64,000 bases of DNA, taken from positions 1 to 64,000 of the IMG/VR virus record IMGVR_UViG_3300048060_000061. One strand, written 5' to 3'. Below are positions 19,965 through 30,228 of this stretch, in pieces. Each line of letters begins with the position of its first letter. The stretch's first letter is position 1. Under the pieces are notes generated by a model that worked only from the letters and a program-made list of their open reading frames with translations, was not told the origin of the DNA and did not search any database. The translations under genes and the position numbers were made by a program. The DNA is from a virus (taxonomy: Duplodnaviria; Caudoviricetes).

Positions 19965-20089
19965 TAGGCAAATTATTGAAATTGGGGCTTTTAGTGCTCT
20001 ACCACTGAGCTACCCGCCTTGGTAGGCGGGGCTGGATTTGAACCAACGACCACTCTCTTTCAAGGAGATAACCCAACATCGTCCGGCCC
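19965..20089 (-). ncRNA. yrlA: YrlA-like Y RNA with circularly permuted tRNA-like domain
   Basis: 5' GGGCCGGA and 3' AATTTGCC Ro-binding stem; T arm GTTGG-TTCAAAT-CCAGC, closed acceptor CCCGCC/GGCGGG, D arm GCTC-AGTGGTA-GAGC; adjacent to Ro60. Confidence 0.85.
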
Positions 20090-20110
20090 ATATCGTATTC
20101 TTAAAGAAAC

Positions 20111-20168
20111 CGGGCAAATTTGCTGTTGTGGAATTCTATTTTAAGAATAATCCATAACATCCGGCCCG
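20111..20168 (-). ncRNA. Second, short Y RNA without tRNA-like domain
   Basis: Same termini (GGGCCGGATG...AATTTGCCCG) enclosing only a simple hairpin. Confidence 0.65.
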
Positions 20169-20273
20169 ATAAAATTATTTTAGCATGCTTTGGAAATCTG
20201 TCAAATTTGTAAAATTCTTCCAGGTCAGATAGAATACTATTAAATACTGAACGAAGAAAGCAGAGGCTTTGGT

Positions 20274-21038
20274 ATGAAAGTTCATTCATTGACTATATTG
20301 CACTACGGCGCGGATTATCTATCCTACGCCTTAAGATCAGTTTACCACAACGTAGACCAACTCCACATATTTTACACACCAACCCCCTCACATGGTCACA
20401 GTACAAATACCCCTCCGATAGAAACCAAAGAACAATTACTTCAGGCAGCTTATGCCTATAACCCTGATGAAAAGGTCAGATGGTATGATATGCTTGGAGT
20501 TACGCAAGAGGGCCCTCAGCGCGATCTTGCCTTGCGGACGGTTCAGGCGGCCGGCGCTGAATTGGTTGTGGTTGTAGATTATGATGAAATTTGGGGAAAT
20601 GGTGTTTTGGAGGAAGTATTATATCAAATTTACAATGATGGGACTGCAAGAAATAACTTAGTAAACATGGTACATCTCTGGCGCTCATTTAATTGGTGTT
20701 GCAGAGATGAAGGCTGGCCAGTTCGGATTATTGATTTGCGTCAGAATAATGATAATGTTTTATATATTCCCAAAGAATTTGACATTTATCATTTTGGTTA
20801 TGCTGTAACTAATCAAATCATTAATTATAAGTGGCAAATCCACGGTCATAAAAATGAAATGCGTCCAGGATGGTTAGAAGATGTTTGGGCTATATGGCCG
20901 CCAATAGATAATTGCCATCCGACGAACGGCCGCAACGATGAAGGTAAGGCGTTTTGGTCGCCTGAACCATTCGACAAAACGCAGTTTCCGGAGTTTATGC
21001 GGGAGCATCCATTTTGGGATTTAGAGATGATAAGATGA
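20274..21038 (+). CDS. Glycosyltransferase (GT-A fold)
   Basis: YLSYALRSV, QRDLAL, VVDYDE (DxD), YHFGYA. Confidence 0.75.
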   Translation: MKVHSLTILHYGADYLSYALRSVYHNVDQLHIFYTPTPSHGHSTNTPPIETKEQLLQAAYAYNPDEKVRWYDMLGVTQEGPQRDLALRTVQAAGAELVVVVDYDEIWGNGVLEEVLYQIYNDGTARNNLVNMVHLWRSFNWCCRDEGWPVRIIDLRQNNDNVLYIPKEFDIYHFGYAVTNQIINYKWQIHGHKNEMRPGWLEDVWAIWPPIDNCHPTNGRNDEGKAFWSPEPFDKTQFPEFMREHPFWDLEMIR

Positions 21039-21925
21039 GTGAAATTGTTTTTGCCAAGCCTGTGCATCAGTATGATTCATACAGAGACTTTTGGACTTTG
21101 GTAACTCTATCGGGGTTTTCCACAGTATCAGTGAGTGATATAGACCTGACCAAAGATATTATCTATATCACTGCTCCAATGAATGGAGATTATAAGGAAC
21201 ATTTCTATGGTGATCTTAAACACTATGAGGAAACCGGGGAAATGATTGGTGGAGAACTTCAAAGACGGAAAATATCTGGTCAACAACGTTTGGCTCATTT
21301 AATTGTCTGGAATCTTGAAAGACCAGCCGGCAGTGGCAGCACCGGAAATTATGCTAAAGATTGTTTCAAATGGATGGAAACTAGAATTGCTGACGAAGTT
21401 TGGATTAGCGATCCGATGCTGGCTGATGAGACGCAAACACGCTTCGTTTTGCTTGGCTCTCATCCGGGATTAGGTGAATTATCAGACAAAAAGTCTTATG
21501 ACTTTTGCCATATGAGCTTGGTGAATCCCAGGCGAACGACAATATACAAACACTTTAAAGACAAATTTCGGATAGGCCCCAACTGCTGGCCACCTGAACG
21601 TGATGAAGTACTGGCCAGCAGCAGGTTTGCTTTGAATGTTCATCAAGATAACTATCCATTCTGCGAACCACTTCGCTTCGCGCTTTTTGCAGCCTATGGA
21701 TTGCCGATTATTTCAGAGATTTTGGCAACCGGTCATCCGTATAATGATGTGGTTACTTTTTCTTATCATGATCTGGTAGCCGGCCTTAAAGTTGCTTTGA
21801 ATGATGATTATGATCAGTGGAAAGCACGCGGAGCGGCACTGCATCAAAGGCTATGTTATGATTTTCAGTTTGGCGATATAGTAAGGAAGGCGGTTAGCGA
21901 GAGCGCAGGAATAAGATGGAGATAG
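21035..21925 (+). CDS. Putative glycosyltransferase (GT-B-like C-terminus)
   Basis: ERDEVLASSRFALNVH...EPLRF...PIISE. Confidence 0.65.
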   Translation: MSEIVFAKPVHQYDSYRDFWTLVTLSGFSTVSVSDIDLTKDIIYITAPMNGDYKEHFYGDLKHYEETGEMIGGELQRRKISGQQRLAHLIVWNLERPAGSGSTGNYAKDCFKWMETRIADEVWISDPMLADETQTRFVLLGSHPGLGELSDKKSYDFCHMSLVNPRRTTIYKHFKDKFRIGPNCWPPERDEVLASSRFALNVHQDNYPFCEPLRFALFAAYGLPIISEILATGHPYNDVVTFSYHDLVAGLKVALNDDYDQWKARGAALHQRLCYDFQFGDIVRKAVSESAGIRWR

Positions 21926-22836
21926 AGAAAGTAGCTGATATGAGCATACTAAAACTATGTTATATTGAAAATAATAAAGCATACTTTACTACTCAAAAAT
22001 TATCCCAACAATGGGGAACAAATTGGGATGAAATTGATTATCAACATAACGCAGGGGAACCATATAAACCTATCCTTTATAAACATTTTAACGAAGATGG
22101 GACGCCTAAATGGATAATTGAAAAAGTGTTCTTTTATGGGACGTTTAAGCGGGCTGGTACCGACTTATGGGATAATCCATATTCAGTTGAGATGATAAAT
22201 AAGGGTAGGGTTCCTTGGTTAACTCCTTATAAAGAGCAAGGAATTCCGCCTATAATGGCGGGTATTACTTTGGAAGAATTTATCAAATTTATAAAGATAC
22301 TTTGTCCAAGATGCATGCAAGAAACAAACAATGATTTCGGAGAGGATTGCAATTTATATGTTGAAGTAATGGGCAATACAGAAAGTCTGCGTTTTATGTG
22401 TAATGACTGCGCTATTTGGGCCTGGAATAGATTGGAAGGGTTATTAAAGAAATCGGGAGAATAATGACCAAGAAAGAAATTATCATAACAGAGGAGATAT
22501 ATATTGACGGGAAATTTGCAGGAAAAACAGCCAAATGTATCAGGGATGGGCGCGGCTTTTTGGGTTATATGTTGCCGATATTTGTAGGTATCATTACATA
22601 TATGCAGATTGTAGTTTGGTCATAGGAAAAATGACCAATGGAGAACAAGGAATTGAGTACGGAATTAATACTCAGCAGGAATTTCTCAAAATTAAAGAAA
22701 TTAGAAATTTCCGAACCTGATATAGATGATGTTATATATAATCTAAATTGTTTGATAGGTTATTTCAATGCTATTGAACACTATGGGGCGTCAAATACAG
22801 CTCTATGTGCAAAGCAAATAATAAAGAGTTTGAAAA

Positions 22837-23646
22837 ATGACATCAATTAGCGGCTTTACCTTTGGACATAATTTGATAGACAGCGGCTATCCAATCGTCG
22901 AGGCAATCCGGGCCATACAATCTTACGTTGATGAGATCGTTTTTGTTGATATGCAGTCAACGGATAATACGCGAGAAGTTTTGGATCAATTGGCTGAAGA
23001 CAATGCTTCCAGGGGTTCATATATGGACATTCTTGGTTTACCTCGTCATTATCCTCCTATCAAAATTCTTGAAGGCTTCTGGGGAAACCAAGCCGGTGAG
23101 ACCTTACGCCAGGCCCATTCAAAACACATCGAATGTTCAGGAGATATAATTGTCCACTTTGAAGCAGATGAAGTATTTGATTATGAGCTTATTCAGGGGG
23201 TTATTGAATTGATTGAAAATGGGCAGACTGATATTGCCGTCTATCGGTTGCAGATTGAAACAAACTTTCAGCGATGCCGTTGGTATCCTGAGCCTGTACA
23301 TAGAGTTTTTCCGCGTTTAAGCAACACACGGAAAGAAGGACATACGACAAATCGACATGCGCAAGCGTTTGTCATTGGGCCAGAAAATGGCTATTTGTGG
23401 GACATCACGAATAGCTTTAGGGATAATTGGATAAACCGAGTAAATAAGCAAGCTGAATTACGAAATACTAATCCGCAATATTTAATGACACCGATCCATG
23501 CACTTCATAAAGTTGAGTTGACAGAAGCTGAGGCGCATCAATGGCTTTTTAGTGGACGGCACTGGACTTGGACAGAGACACCATTTAATATCCCTGAGAT
23601 TTTAAGGCCGCTTGTGGGAGTTACTCGATATGAACCAAAAGTATGA
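22837..23646 (+). CDS. Glycosyltransferase family 2
   Basis: YVDEIVFVDMQSTDNTREVL; FEADE. Confidence 0.8.
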   Translation: MTSISGFTFGHNLIDSGYPIVEAIRAIQSYVDEIVFVDMQSTDNTREVLDQLAEDNASRGSYMDILGLPRHYPPIKILEGFWGNQAGETLRQAHSKHIECSGDIIVHFEADEVFDYELIQGVIELIENGQTDIAVYRLQIETNFQRCRWYPEPVHRVFPRLSNTRKEGHTTNRHAQAFVIGPENGYLWDITNSFRDNWINRVNKQAELRNTNPQYLMTPIHALHKVELTEAEAHQWLFSGRHWTWTETPFNIPEILRPLVGVTRYEPKV

Positions 23647-23669
23647 AGGATCAGAAGAAATTAAAAGAA

Positions 23670-23790
23670 AATCGCCCGTAGGTTCGCGGGTGACTGGACA
23701 GACGTGAACCTTCTCGCATTAGCTCGGTTGTCTGTCAAACTTTCACAATTTAATATTTAAGCGTGTGGGTGAATGTTACACGTTAGTAGT
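23670..23790 (+). ncRNA. Scaffold copy 3 (orphan, no adjacent nuclease)
   Basis: CGCCCGT-AGGTTC-GCGGGTG hairpin, GACAGAC/GTCTGTC stem, ACTTTCAC anti-repeat; homologous to copies 1 and 2. Confidence 0.8.
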
Positions 23791-23944
23791 GTTTTCCCCA
23801 CAGGCGTGGGGGTGGACCGCGTTTGTCAAGGACTGCTACCAATTGGGACGTCAGTTTTCCCCACAGGCGTGGGGGTGGACCGACATTGCCGACGTGTACG
23901 GGATTAGTTTTATTGGTTTTCCCCACAGGCGTGGGGGTGGACCG
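23791..23944 (+). CRISPR. Mini-array 3 (3 repeats, 2 spacers)
   Basis: GTTTTCCCCACAGGCGTGGGGGTGGACCG at 23791, 23854, 23916; spacers 34 and 33 nt. Confidence 0.95.
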
Positions 23945-23970
23945 TAATTTTCCAGGATGTTCGTGATTTA

Positions 23971-24886
23971 ATTGTGAAATTATTGGGCGTTGGAGCAAAT
24001 GAAATGCAAAATACCTAAACTTAAAATTATGAGACCTGATTTGTGTAAAAGGATTATTTATGAACGACCACTCCAGAGGAAGTAAATGGGAGAATTAAAA
24101 TGTCGATGAGTACACATGTGATTTTTCTTAGAGATAAAACCGATTTGCAGTATCAAAAGTTCCTCAAGGTACTGTTGGCTTGCAAAGAAGCTGGCATTGA
24201 TCTACCCAAGGAAGTAGATGATTATTTTGGCGGGGACGGACTTGATAATGACCCAGAAGAACCTTTACAAATGTCATTTGAACCTCGCGAGTGGATCAGT
24301 GATATGTCCGAAGGATTTGAAATTGATATTAATGAAATACCACCAGGCGTGAAAACAATACGGTTTTATAATTCATGGTAGATAATGGACAGAGTTACTT
24401 TATAAGGCAAGAATGTAAATGTGAGGAATGTAAAAATAGTTGCGCTTATAAACCTGGTTGGTTTTTGCCGGGAGAAATTGAAAAAGCTGCACAGTATCTA
24501 ATGATGTCTGAGCAAGAATTTTTCGATCAATATTTAGGAGTTGATTGGTATGAAGATTTTAATGACATATTTGTACTTGCTCCAGCTATAACGAGTATGT
24601 ATCCGGGAGAAGAATATCCTGCTAACCCAAAGGGGCAATGCGTTTTTTTTCATAATGGATTATGTAATATTCATTCTGTTAAACCGTATGAATGTATAGA
24701 AAGTTATCATGCGGATACTTATGATATAAGTCAAAAAAGACATTCTTTTGTAGCACAAACATGGATAGATAAACAAGACTATATTTGCACATTATTAGGA
24801 CGCGATCCTGAAAAAGAGGGATATGCTTTTTTTGATGCATTTTTATGGTGATTATTGTGAAATTATTGGGCGTTGGAGCAAATGAA
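23971..24886 (+). repeat. 33-bp direct repeats (23971-24003, 24854-24886) flanking two small genes
   Basis: ATTGTGAAATTATTGGGCGTTGGAGCAAATGAA occurs identically twice. Confidence 0.9.
24375..24851 (+). CDS. YkgJ-like cysteine-cluster (Zn/Fe-S) protein
   Basis: CKCEECKNSC and CVFF..GLCNIHSVKPYEC. Confidence 0.75.
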   Translation: MVDNGQSYFIRQECKCEECKNSCAYKPGWFLPGEIEKAAQYLMMSEQEFFDQYLGVDWYEDFNDIFVLAPAITSMYPGEEYPANPKGQCVFFHNGLCNIHSVKPYECIESYHADTYDISQKRHSFVAQTWIDKQDYICTLLGRDPEKEGYAFFDAFLW

Positions 24887-25668
24887 TGAACATTGACTTT
24901 ATCACGTTTTGCCATCCAGGTGACTACCACCGACTTTACGCCAACACCTGGCTTATAGATATGATAGCCAGCCACGAAATATACTTTGACACAGTTCGCA
25001 TAGTACATCAGAGATGCGCGGGTTTAGATATTCCCAAGCCCCCCATTATCTGCGATTTGAATTGTGGGGCTTTGAATATTATTCCAAGCGAAACACACCC
25101 GAATATCCTAACTGAATTTGGCTATCCTGAAGAAGATCCAATAGCCAGTCGATGGACACATGGACCAACCGGCCCTCATTTCTATGTATATCATAATATA
25201 AATCACTTGATCGGTCTCAAAGTATCCGATGCCGATTACATCGTTTTCTCTGACTCCGACTGTACAATCAAGTCCCATGATCCCGGTCAAAACTGGATCA
25301 GAAAAGGCATTGATATTTTGCAAAGGTATCCAGAAATATTGATAGTCTCCCCCGGCGATGGCGCGACAATGGCAGAGGCCCTTACTGCCGAAGGCTATCG
25401 ACTTACCCAAAATGTTTCGCAACAACTTTTTTTGTGTAGCAGGCAGAGGCTTAAAAATGTAGATTTTAATATTCCTTGGAATTGGGAATTTTTGGCGCCG
25501 GGGGGACCATTTCAAGAATTCTATTATCTTCTGGAGGGGCGGATCTGGCGCTATATGCACAAACACGGGTTGTGGCGTTGTGTTCTACCTGATCATGTGG
25601 CAAGGTATTGGCATTTCAATAAATTGACTGATAATGGATTATTTGAAACTGATTACGAAAAATACTAA
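24886..25668 (+). CDS. Putative glycosyltransferase (GT-A fold)
   Basis: ADYIVFSDSDC DxD motif; cluster context. Confidence 0.65.
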   Translation: MNIDFITFCHPGDYHRLYANTWLIDMIASHEIYFDTVRIVHQRCAGLDIPKPPIICDLNCGALNIIPSETHPNILTEFGYPEEDPIASRWTHGPTGPHFYVYHNINHLIGLKVSDADYIVFSDSDCTIKSHDPGQNWIRKGIDILQRYPEILIVSPGDGATMAEALTAEGYRLTQNVSQQLFLCSRQRLKNVDFNIPWNWEFLAPGGPFQEFYYLLEGRIWRYMHKHGLWRCVLPDHVARYWHFNKLTDNGLFETDYEKY

Positions 25669-25973
25669 TACTACTTTACAAGAAAGAGAGGACGAGAAAA
25701 ATGACCGAATCAGAAGCTAGAGAAACACAAGTATCTCTACAAATGGAAAATCTAAAAGACAGATTGTCTGAATTAGAAAAAAGTATAGCTAGTATGAAAA
25801 CTCGACTTAGTTCTGTTCTTAGAAGTGATATATTTGAAAATGATGAAAAAGCCCCAAAAGATCAAGAAGCTTTAGTTCCCTTGGCTAATGATATAAGATC
25901 ATCAGCCAATCGAATTAACAGGTTAAATGTTGAAGTTATCACACTGTTAAAAGAACTTGAATTATGAAAACAA

Positions 25974-26046
25974 ACTCCCGTAGCTCAGAGGTTAGAGCGG
26001 AGTTCTTATAAAGCTCAGGCCGCTGGTTCAATTCCAGCCGGGAGTA
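25974..26046 (+). tRNA. tRNA-Ile (anticodon TAT)
   Basis: ACTCCCG/CGGGAGT acceptor, GCTC/GAGC D stem, GAGTT-CTTATAA-AGCTC anticodon arm, GCTGG-TTCAATT-CCAGC T arm. Confidence 0.92.
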
Positions 26047-26097
26047 CTGAAGTAAATCGTCCTAATTTTAGGGCAATATCTAAGAGAGGATAGAATT

Positions 26098-27036
26098 ATG
26101 ATTTTTACAATTATAGCTGTAGTACTTTTTGTGATATCTTTGGTCACGGTAATTTTTGCTTTAATCGCTTTAGTTGAAAACGAAAATGATCATGCTGTTA
26201 CATTGGGAGTAGTTTCCCTTATTGCCCTTATAATAGGTGTATGGTTCCAAATGCACCGTATTATCCCAACACAGCATGTAGGTGTTAGTAGGTCTACTTT
26301 TTCTCAAAAATTATACGGATTGCATCAAGCAGGCTTGATAACAAAACCATTCTTTGGATCAGTCTATGAATATCCAGCATCATCAAGTTTCCAGCGATGC
26401 GAGAAATACACGCCCGCCATTAAAGGTAGTTACGGAATTACTATTGACTTATGTTTCTACTACGATACTGGACATGTTGATTGGCTTGCAGAGATAAATA
26501 AAACAGGAAATCTTAAAGATGATAGTATTATGAGTGTTTGGCGGAATAGTGTCGTGGGCAATGTAGCAAAATCTGTTAAAGAATATACGCCGGAGGCGTT
26601 AAGTGATAATAGAGCCGAAGTCGAACAAACTATATTTGAAAATGTTGAACCTTGGTTTACAGAGCGTAATATACCCTTGGTTCGTGTATCGTTCAAAAAT
26701 TGGGAATTCACTTCTCCCCAAGTTGCCGAAAATTTTGACGCAAGCATTGTCAGCCAGCGCAAAATCACGGAACAAATGGCACTATTTGAGGCGGCAAAGA
26801 TTTCTCGTGATCGCGAAAAATACGAAGCGGAAACAGCCAAGCTGGTCGCAGAATGGCAAAGAGTCGCTTTAGATGAACTGGGCCTCGAGGGCCAAACTGC
26901 TATTGACTATCTTTGGATCAAAATGCTCACTGAACAAGGCAAATCGCCTGATGTTTTAATTTTGGGAACATCTAATATTCCAGTGTCTATTCCGCTGAAG
27001 GAATCTGCGGTAAGCAGTGAGATATCTAATAAGTAA
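26098..27036 (+). CDS. SPFH/band-7/prohibitin-domain membrane protein
   Basis: Two N-terminal TM helices, IPTQHVGV, C-terminal coiled coil. Confidence 0.8.
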   Translation: MIFTIIAVVLFVISLVTVIFALIALVENENDHAVTLGVVSLIALIIGVWFQMHRIIPTQHVGVSRSTFSQKLYGLHQAGLITKPFFGSVYEYPASSSFQRCEKYTPAIKGSYGITIDLCFYYDTGHVDWLAEINKTGNLKDDSIMSVWRNSVVGNVAKSVKEYTPEALSDNRAEVEQTIFENVEPWFTERNIPLVRVSFKNWEFTSPQVAENFDASIVSQRKITEQMALFEAAKISRDREKYEAETAKLVAEWQRVALDELGLEGQTAIDYLWIKMLTEQGKSPDVLILGTSNIPVSIPLKESAVSSEISNK

Positions 27037-27107
27037 AATTAGAGCAAAATGATGATTATTGTATATACAATATATTACTATAATACAGAAGCAGCAGGAA
27101 TAAGCGA

Positions 27108-28019
27108 ATGAAAATTCTAATCACCGGTGGCTCTGGTCTGCTTGGCAAGAGCTTGCTCGAAACCAAACCGTCCGATGTCAGCCTTGTTTTGACTTGGTTC
27201 AAAAACATATATGGTATCTCGTTACTTGATACTTGGTATAAATTAGATATCCGCAACAAAGCTGACATCTATGAACTTTTTCATATGGTTCAGCCCGACG
27301 CAGTCATTCATTGTGCGGCTATCGGTTCTGTCGATTATGCCGAAATTAATTACAGTCAAGTTGCGGGCGTAAACGTAAATGGAACTAGCAATATAGTTGA
27401 TGCGGCTAATGATTTTAATGCAAAAGTTGTCTATATTTCGACTAATGCGGTTTTTTCTGGAAATTTGCCGCCATACAATGAACTATCTCCACTTGAACCC
27501 ATAAATGCTTACGGTAAGATCAAATTACGTGCGGAGCAATACGTCCAAGCTGTTGCAAAGAGTTGGCTCATTATCAGGCCGTTTCTACTTTATGGATGGC
27601 CGTACCAAGGGGGGCGTACCAATTGGGGGGATACTATCATTAGAAGATTGAGAAACGGCAAAGATAGTTTTAGAATGGTACATGATTGTACTTGGATGCC
27701 CACGTATGCGCCTGACTGCGGAAAGGTTATTTGGAAATTATTATTCCAAGATGATAATCAGATATTTAATGTAGCCGGCCCGGAGCGAGCTACACTGTAT
27801 GAATTCGCATTAAAGGTCTGTGAGGTTTTCGAATTAGAAAAAAACCTTATCAGACCAGTTGGAAGTGATTATTTTGAAAATTTAAGTAATCCTTTAGGCA
27901 CTACGGCCTGCCGGCCAAAGGATACAACTTATGATTTGATTAAGTTAACAAAGGCTGGTATCCAGATGTTGGACATAAAAACCGGCTTAGAGAAGATGAG
28001 GGATGAGCATGAATTATAA
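27108..28019 (+). CDS. rmlD: dTDP-4-dehydrorhamnose reductase family SDR
   Basis: ITGGSGLLG, VIHCAA, YISTNAVF, YGKIK, PTYAPD. Confidence 0.88.
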   Translation: MKILITGGSGLLGKSLLETKPSDVSLVLTWFKNIYGISLLDTWYKLDIRNKADIYELFHMVQPDAVIHCAAIGSVDYAEINYSQVAGVNVNGTSNIVDAANDFNAKVVYISTNAVFSGNLPPYNELSPLEPINAYGKIKLRAEQYVQAVAKSWLIIRPFLLYGWPYQGGRTNWGDTIIRRLRNGKDSFRMVHDCTWMPTYAPDCGKVIWKLLFQDDNQIFNVAGPERATLYEFALKVCEVFELEKNLIRPVGSDYFENLSNPLGTTACRPKDTTYDLIKLTKAGIQMLDIKTGLEKMRDEHEL

Positions 28020-28890
28020 TCTTAGTGGTTGTGTCTTTATCAAAAACTGTTTCAAAGGCGCTTTTTGTCTGTTTGAATCAATGTATCAATTGCTACCGTT
28101 ATGTGATGAGTTTATCGTAATGGATTTGGGTAGTGACGACGGAACCCTGGAAATCTTGAAAGAGATTGAAAACCATAATCCGAAAGTTCATATAGTACAT
28201 AGTACGTTTTATGAACAAGACGCAGCGATATTTGCGAAGCTAGCCAATGATCTTGTTGGAATGTGCAACTATTCGAATGTGCTCTATTACCAAGCTGATG
28301 AGGTATGGCATGAGGATTTGATAGGGCTGACTAAGGAGAGGTTAGATTATCAGACACAATATTTACAGATAACCGAATGTGATTTTTCTTTCTGGCGTGT
28401 ACAGCTTAAATATAATTTCCAAAAAATCAAATGGTTTCCACATCCTGTTCACCGAATAGCCCCCAAGAATAATTTTAATTTTGTCAATGACGGGATGAAT
28501 ACAGAGCGAACTTTTGGAACTCATATGGTGAGTAATTGGGACCTTGGTCATTTTACTCAGTGGGGAGATAAATACAAAAATAAACCCGTTGCTTTACCTA
28601 CGAATGAAATGATTTTGGATGTATCTCTGACTGGTGGATTCCTTGATAATATTCCAGATCGGCGACGGATGCATCTGCCATTCTGGGGTGAGGGCGATGT
28701 AATGCCGGTTGATGAGAACGGATTATCTATTGACGAATGGTACAAGCAACAATATCACAATCCGATCTGGGATCTTCACCAAACAAAATTCAATGTCCCT
28801 GAAATTATGAAGTTCCACTTGGGTCGAAGAAAATACACACTGCGGCCTATGTTGCTTGAGGCTCTAAAGGTAGGTGAAGGATGGCGTTAG
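28003..28890 (+). CDS. Glycosyltransferase family 2 (paralogue of 22837)
   Basis: LCDEFIVMDLGSDDGTLEIL; YQADE; shared WFPHPVHR / WYPEPVHR. Confidence 0.8.
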   Translation: MSMNYNLSGCVFIKNCFKGAFCLFESMYQLLPLCDEFIVMDLGSDDGTLEILKEIENHNPKVHIVHSTFYEQDAAIFAKLANDLVGMCNYSNVLYYQADEVWHEDLIGLTKERLDYQTQYLQITECDFSFWRVQLKYNFQKIKWFPHPVHRIAPKNNFNFVNDGMNTERTFGTHMVSNWDLGHFTQWGDKYKNKPVALPTNEMILDVSLTGGFLDNIPDRRRMHLPFWGEGDVMPVDENGLSIDEWYKQQYHNPIWDLHQTKFNVPEIMKFHLGRRKYTLRPMLLEALKVGEGWR

Positions 28891-28952
28891 TATTAAAGAA
28901 GTTAAAGCATTTTTTCTTAGGACATCCACGAAACGAATGGAATTTTAAGTAA

Positions 28953-29315
28953 ATGACATTGATACGATTTGTAATAGCAATCTTGGCAACCTATCGCCTG
29001 GCTCGCCTTCTTCCAGAAGATGAAGGGCCATTTTTTATTTTTACCAGAATTCGTTCATATGTATTTACTCAGTACGGTAATGAAGCAGCTTTAAGTAATA
29101 AAGAAGAATTAACTTGTTTGAACAAGCTCCAGTTGAACTTGAGATTTTGGGAAAGCATAAATTCAGGTATGAATTGTCCATATTGTTGCGGTTTGTATGC
29201 AGCAATATTAACCGCTATACTATCTAAAAAACGAAGTAAGATTGGAGATTTATTTTTGCTTATTTTTGCGGTTGCGGGTGGTCAAAGTTTGATTCAGAAG
29301 TTAGGTGGAGAATAG
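28953..29315 (+). CDS. DUF1360-like membrane protein
   Basis: LATYRLARLL..DEGPF and CPYC motifs with TM segments. Confidence 0.7.
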   Translation: MTLIRFVIAILATYRLARLLPEDEGPFFIFTRIRSYVFTQYGNEAALSNKEELTCLNKLQLNLRFWESINSGMNCPYCCGLYAAILTAILSKKRSKIGDLFLLIFAVAGGQSLIQKLGGE

Positions 29316-30228
29316 TGGAAAATATACCAGAAATTTGGTGTGACGGTTGGGCAAAAGAAGATTTACCCAATGAAAGGTATAAAATTACCGTACCGATTAC
29401 TTATATAGACATGATAATTTCTGGTCAATTACTACTAAAAACTGGATGGGCATTTGAATCAGGTGATATTATCAAAGTCAATGACATTGAAGCTATGATA
29501 ACAAATTGCGAGACTGCTTGGGATTTTCCTAATCATACTTGGATATTAACTATTGAATGTGATCAGACGCAACAGTTGAAAGAAATGTTGACTTATTCTA
29601 TAGAACCTGGATATGCTTATGGTAACGAAAATGAAGAATAGGAATTTTACTACAATAGTGGCAAAGAAAAGAACATTAGACGAGATGCTGCAACCGGGAC
29701 AAAAGATCAAGGTGTTCTATAGTGAACGAAATCCTAACAATCAAATTCGGCATATTCGCGCTATAGTAGATAATGAATTTATAGCCTATCGTGTTTGGTC
29801 AAAGCGTAAACGACTTTGGATGTATAATATTCAACATAGATATAACTTTGAATTAGGATACGAGAGAGGAGTTCTATCTTGAGAAATTTTTTACTCTATA
29901 GAATAGAAGATGAAACTAACATTTCTGGAACGGGAATTGTAGCCGAGGATGTAGAATTTCTTAATAAACAATGTGTTTTACGATGGGCTACTCAGCCTGG
30001 TTCTATTGGGATTTACAAAGATATTGACAGTTTATTAGCTATACATGGTCACAACGGAAAAACTGTAATTATTTGGCGTGATTATGAAGCTGCTATGAGG
30101 GCAGCAAGATCAACAGTCAATAATTTTTGGGAATTTGGACTAAAGGCTGATTTTGAACAACAAATTGATGGATTATCAAATGCACTTGATACATTAGAGA
30201 GCCTTGATAAAAAATTGGGAGATTTCAA

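Noticed and set aside
19965-20089. Calling this a tRNA-Ser(TGA) gene
   Set aside because: The arms are circularly permuted, the acceptor is closed by a loop, and it is framed by a Ro-binding stem next to Ro60
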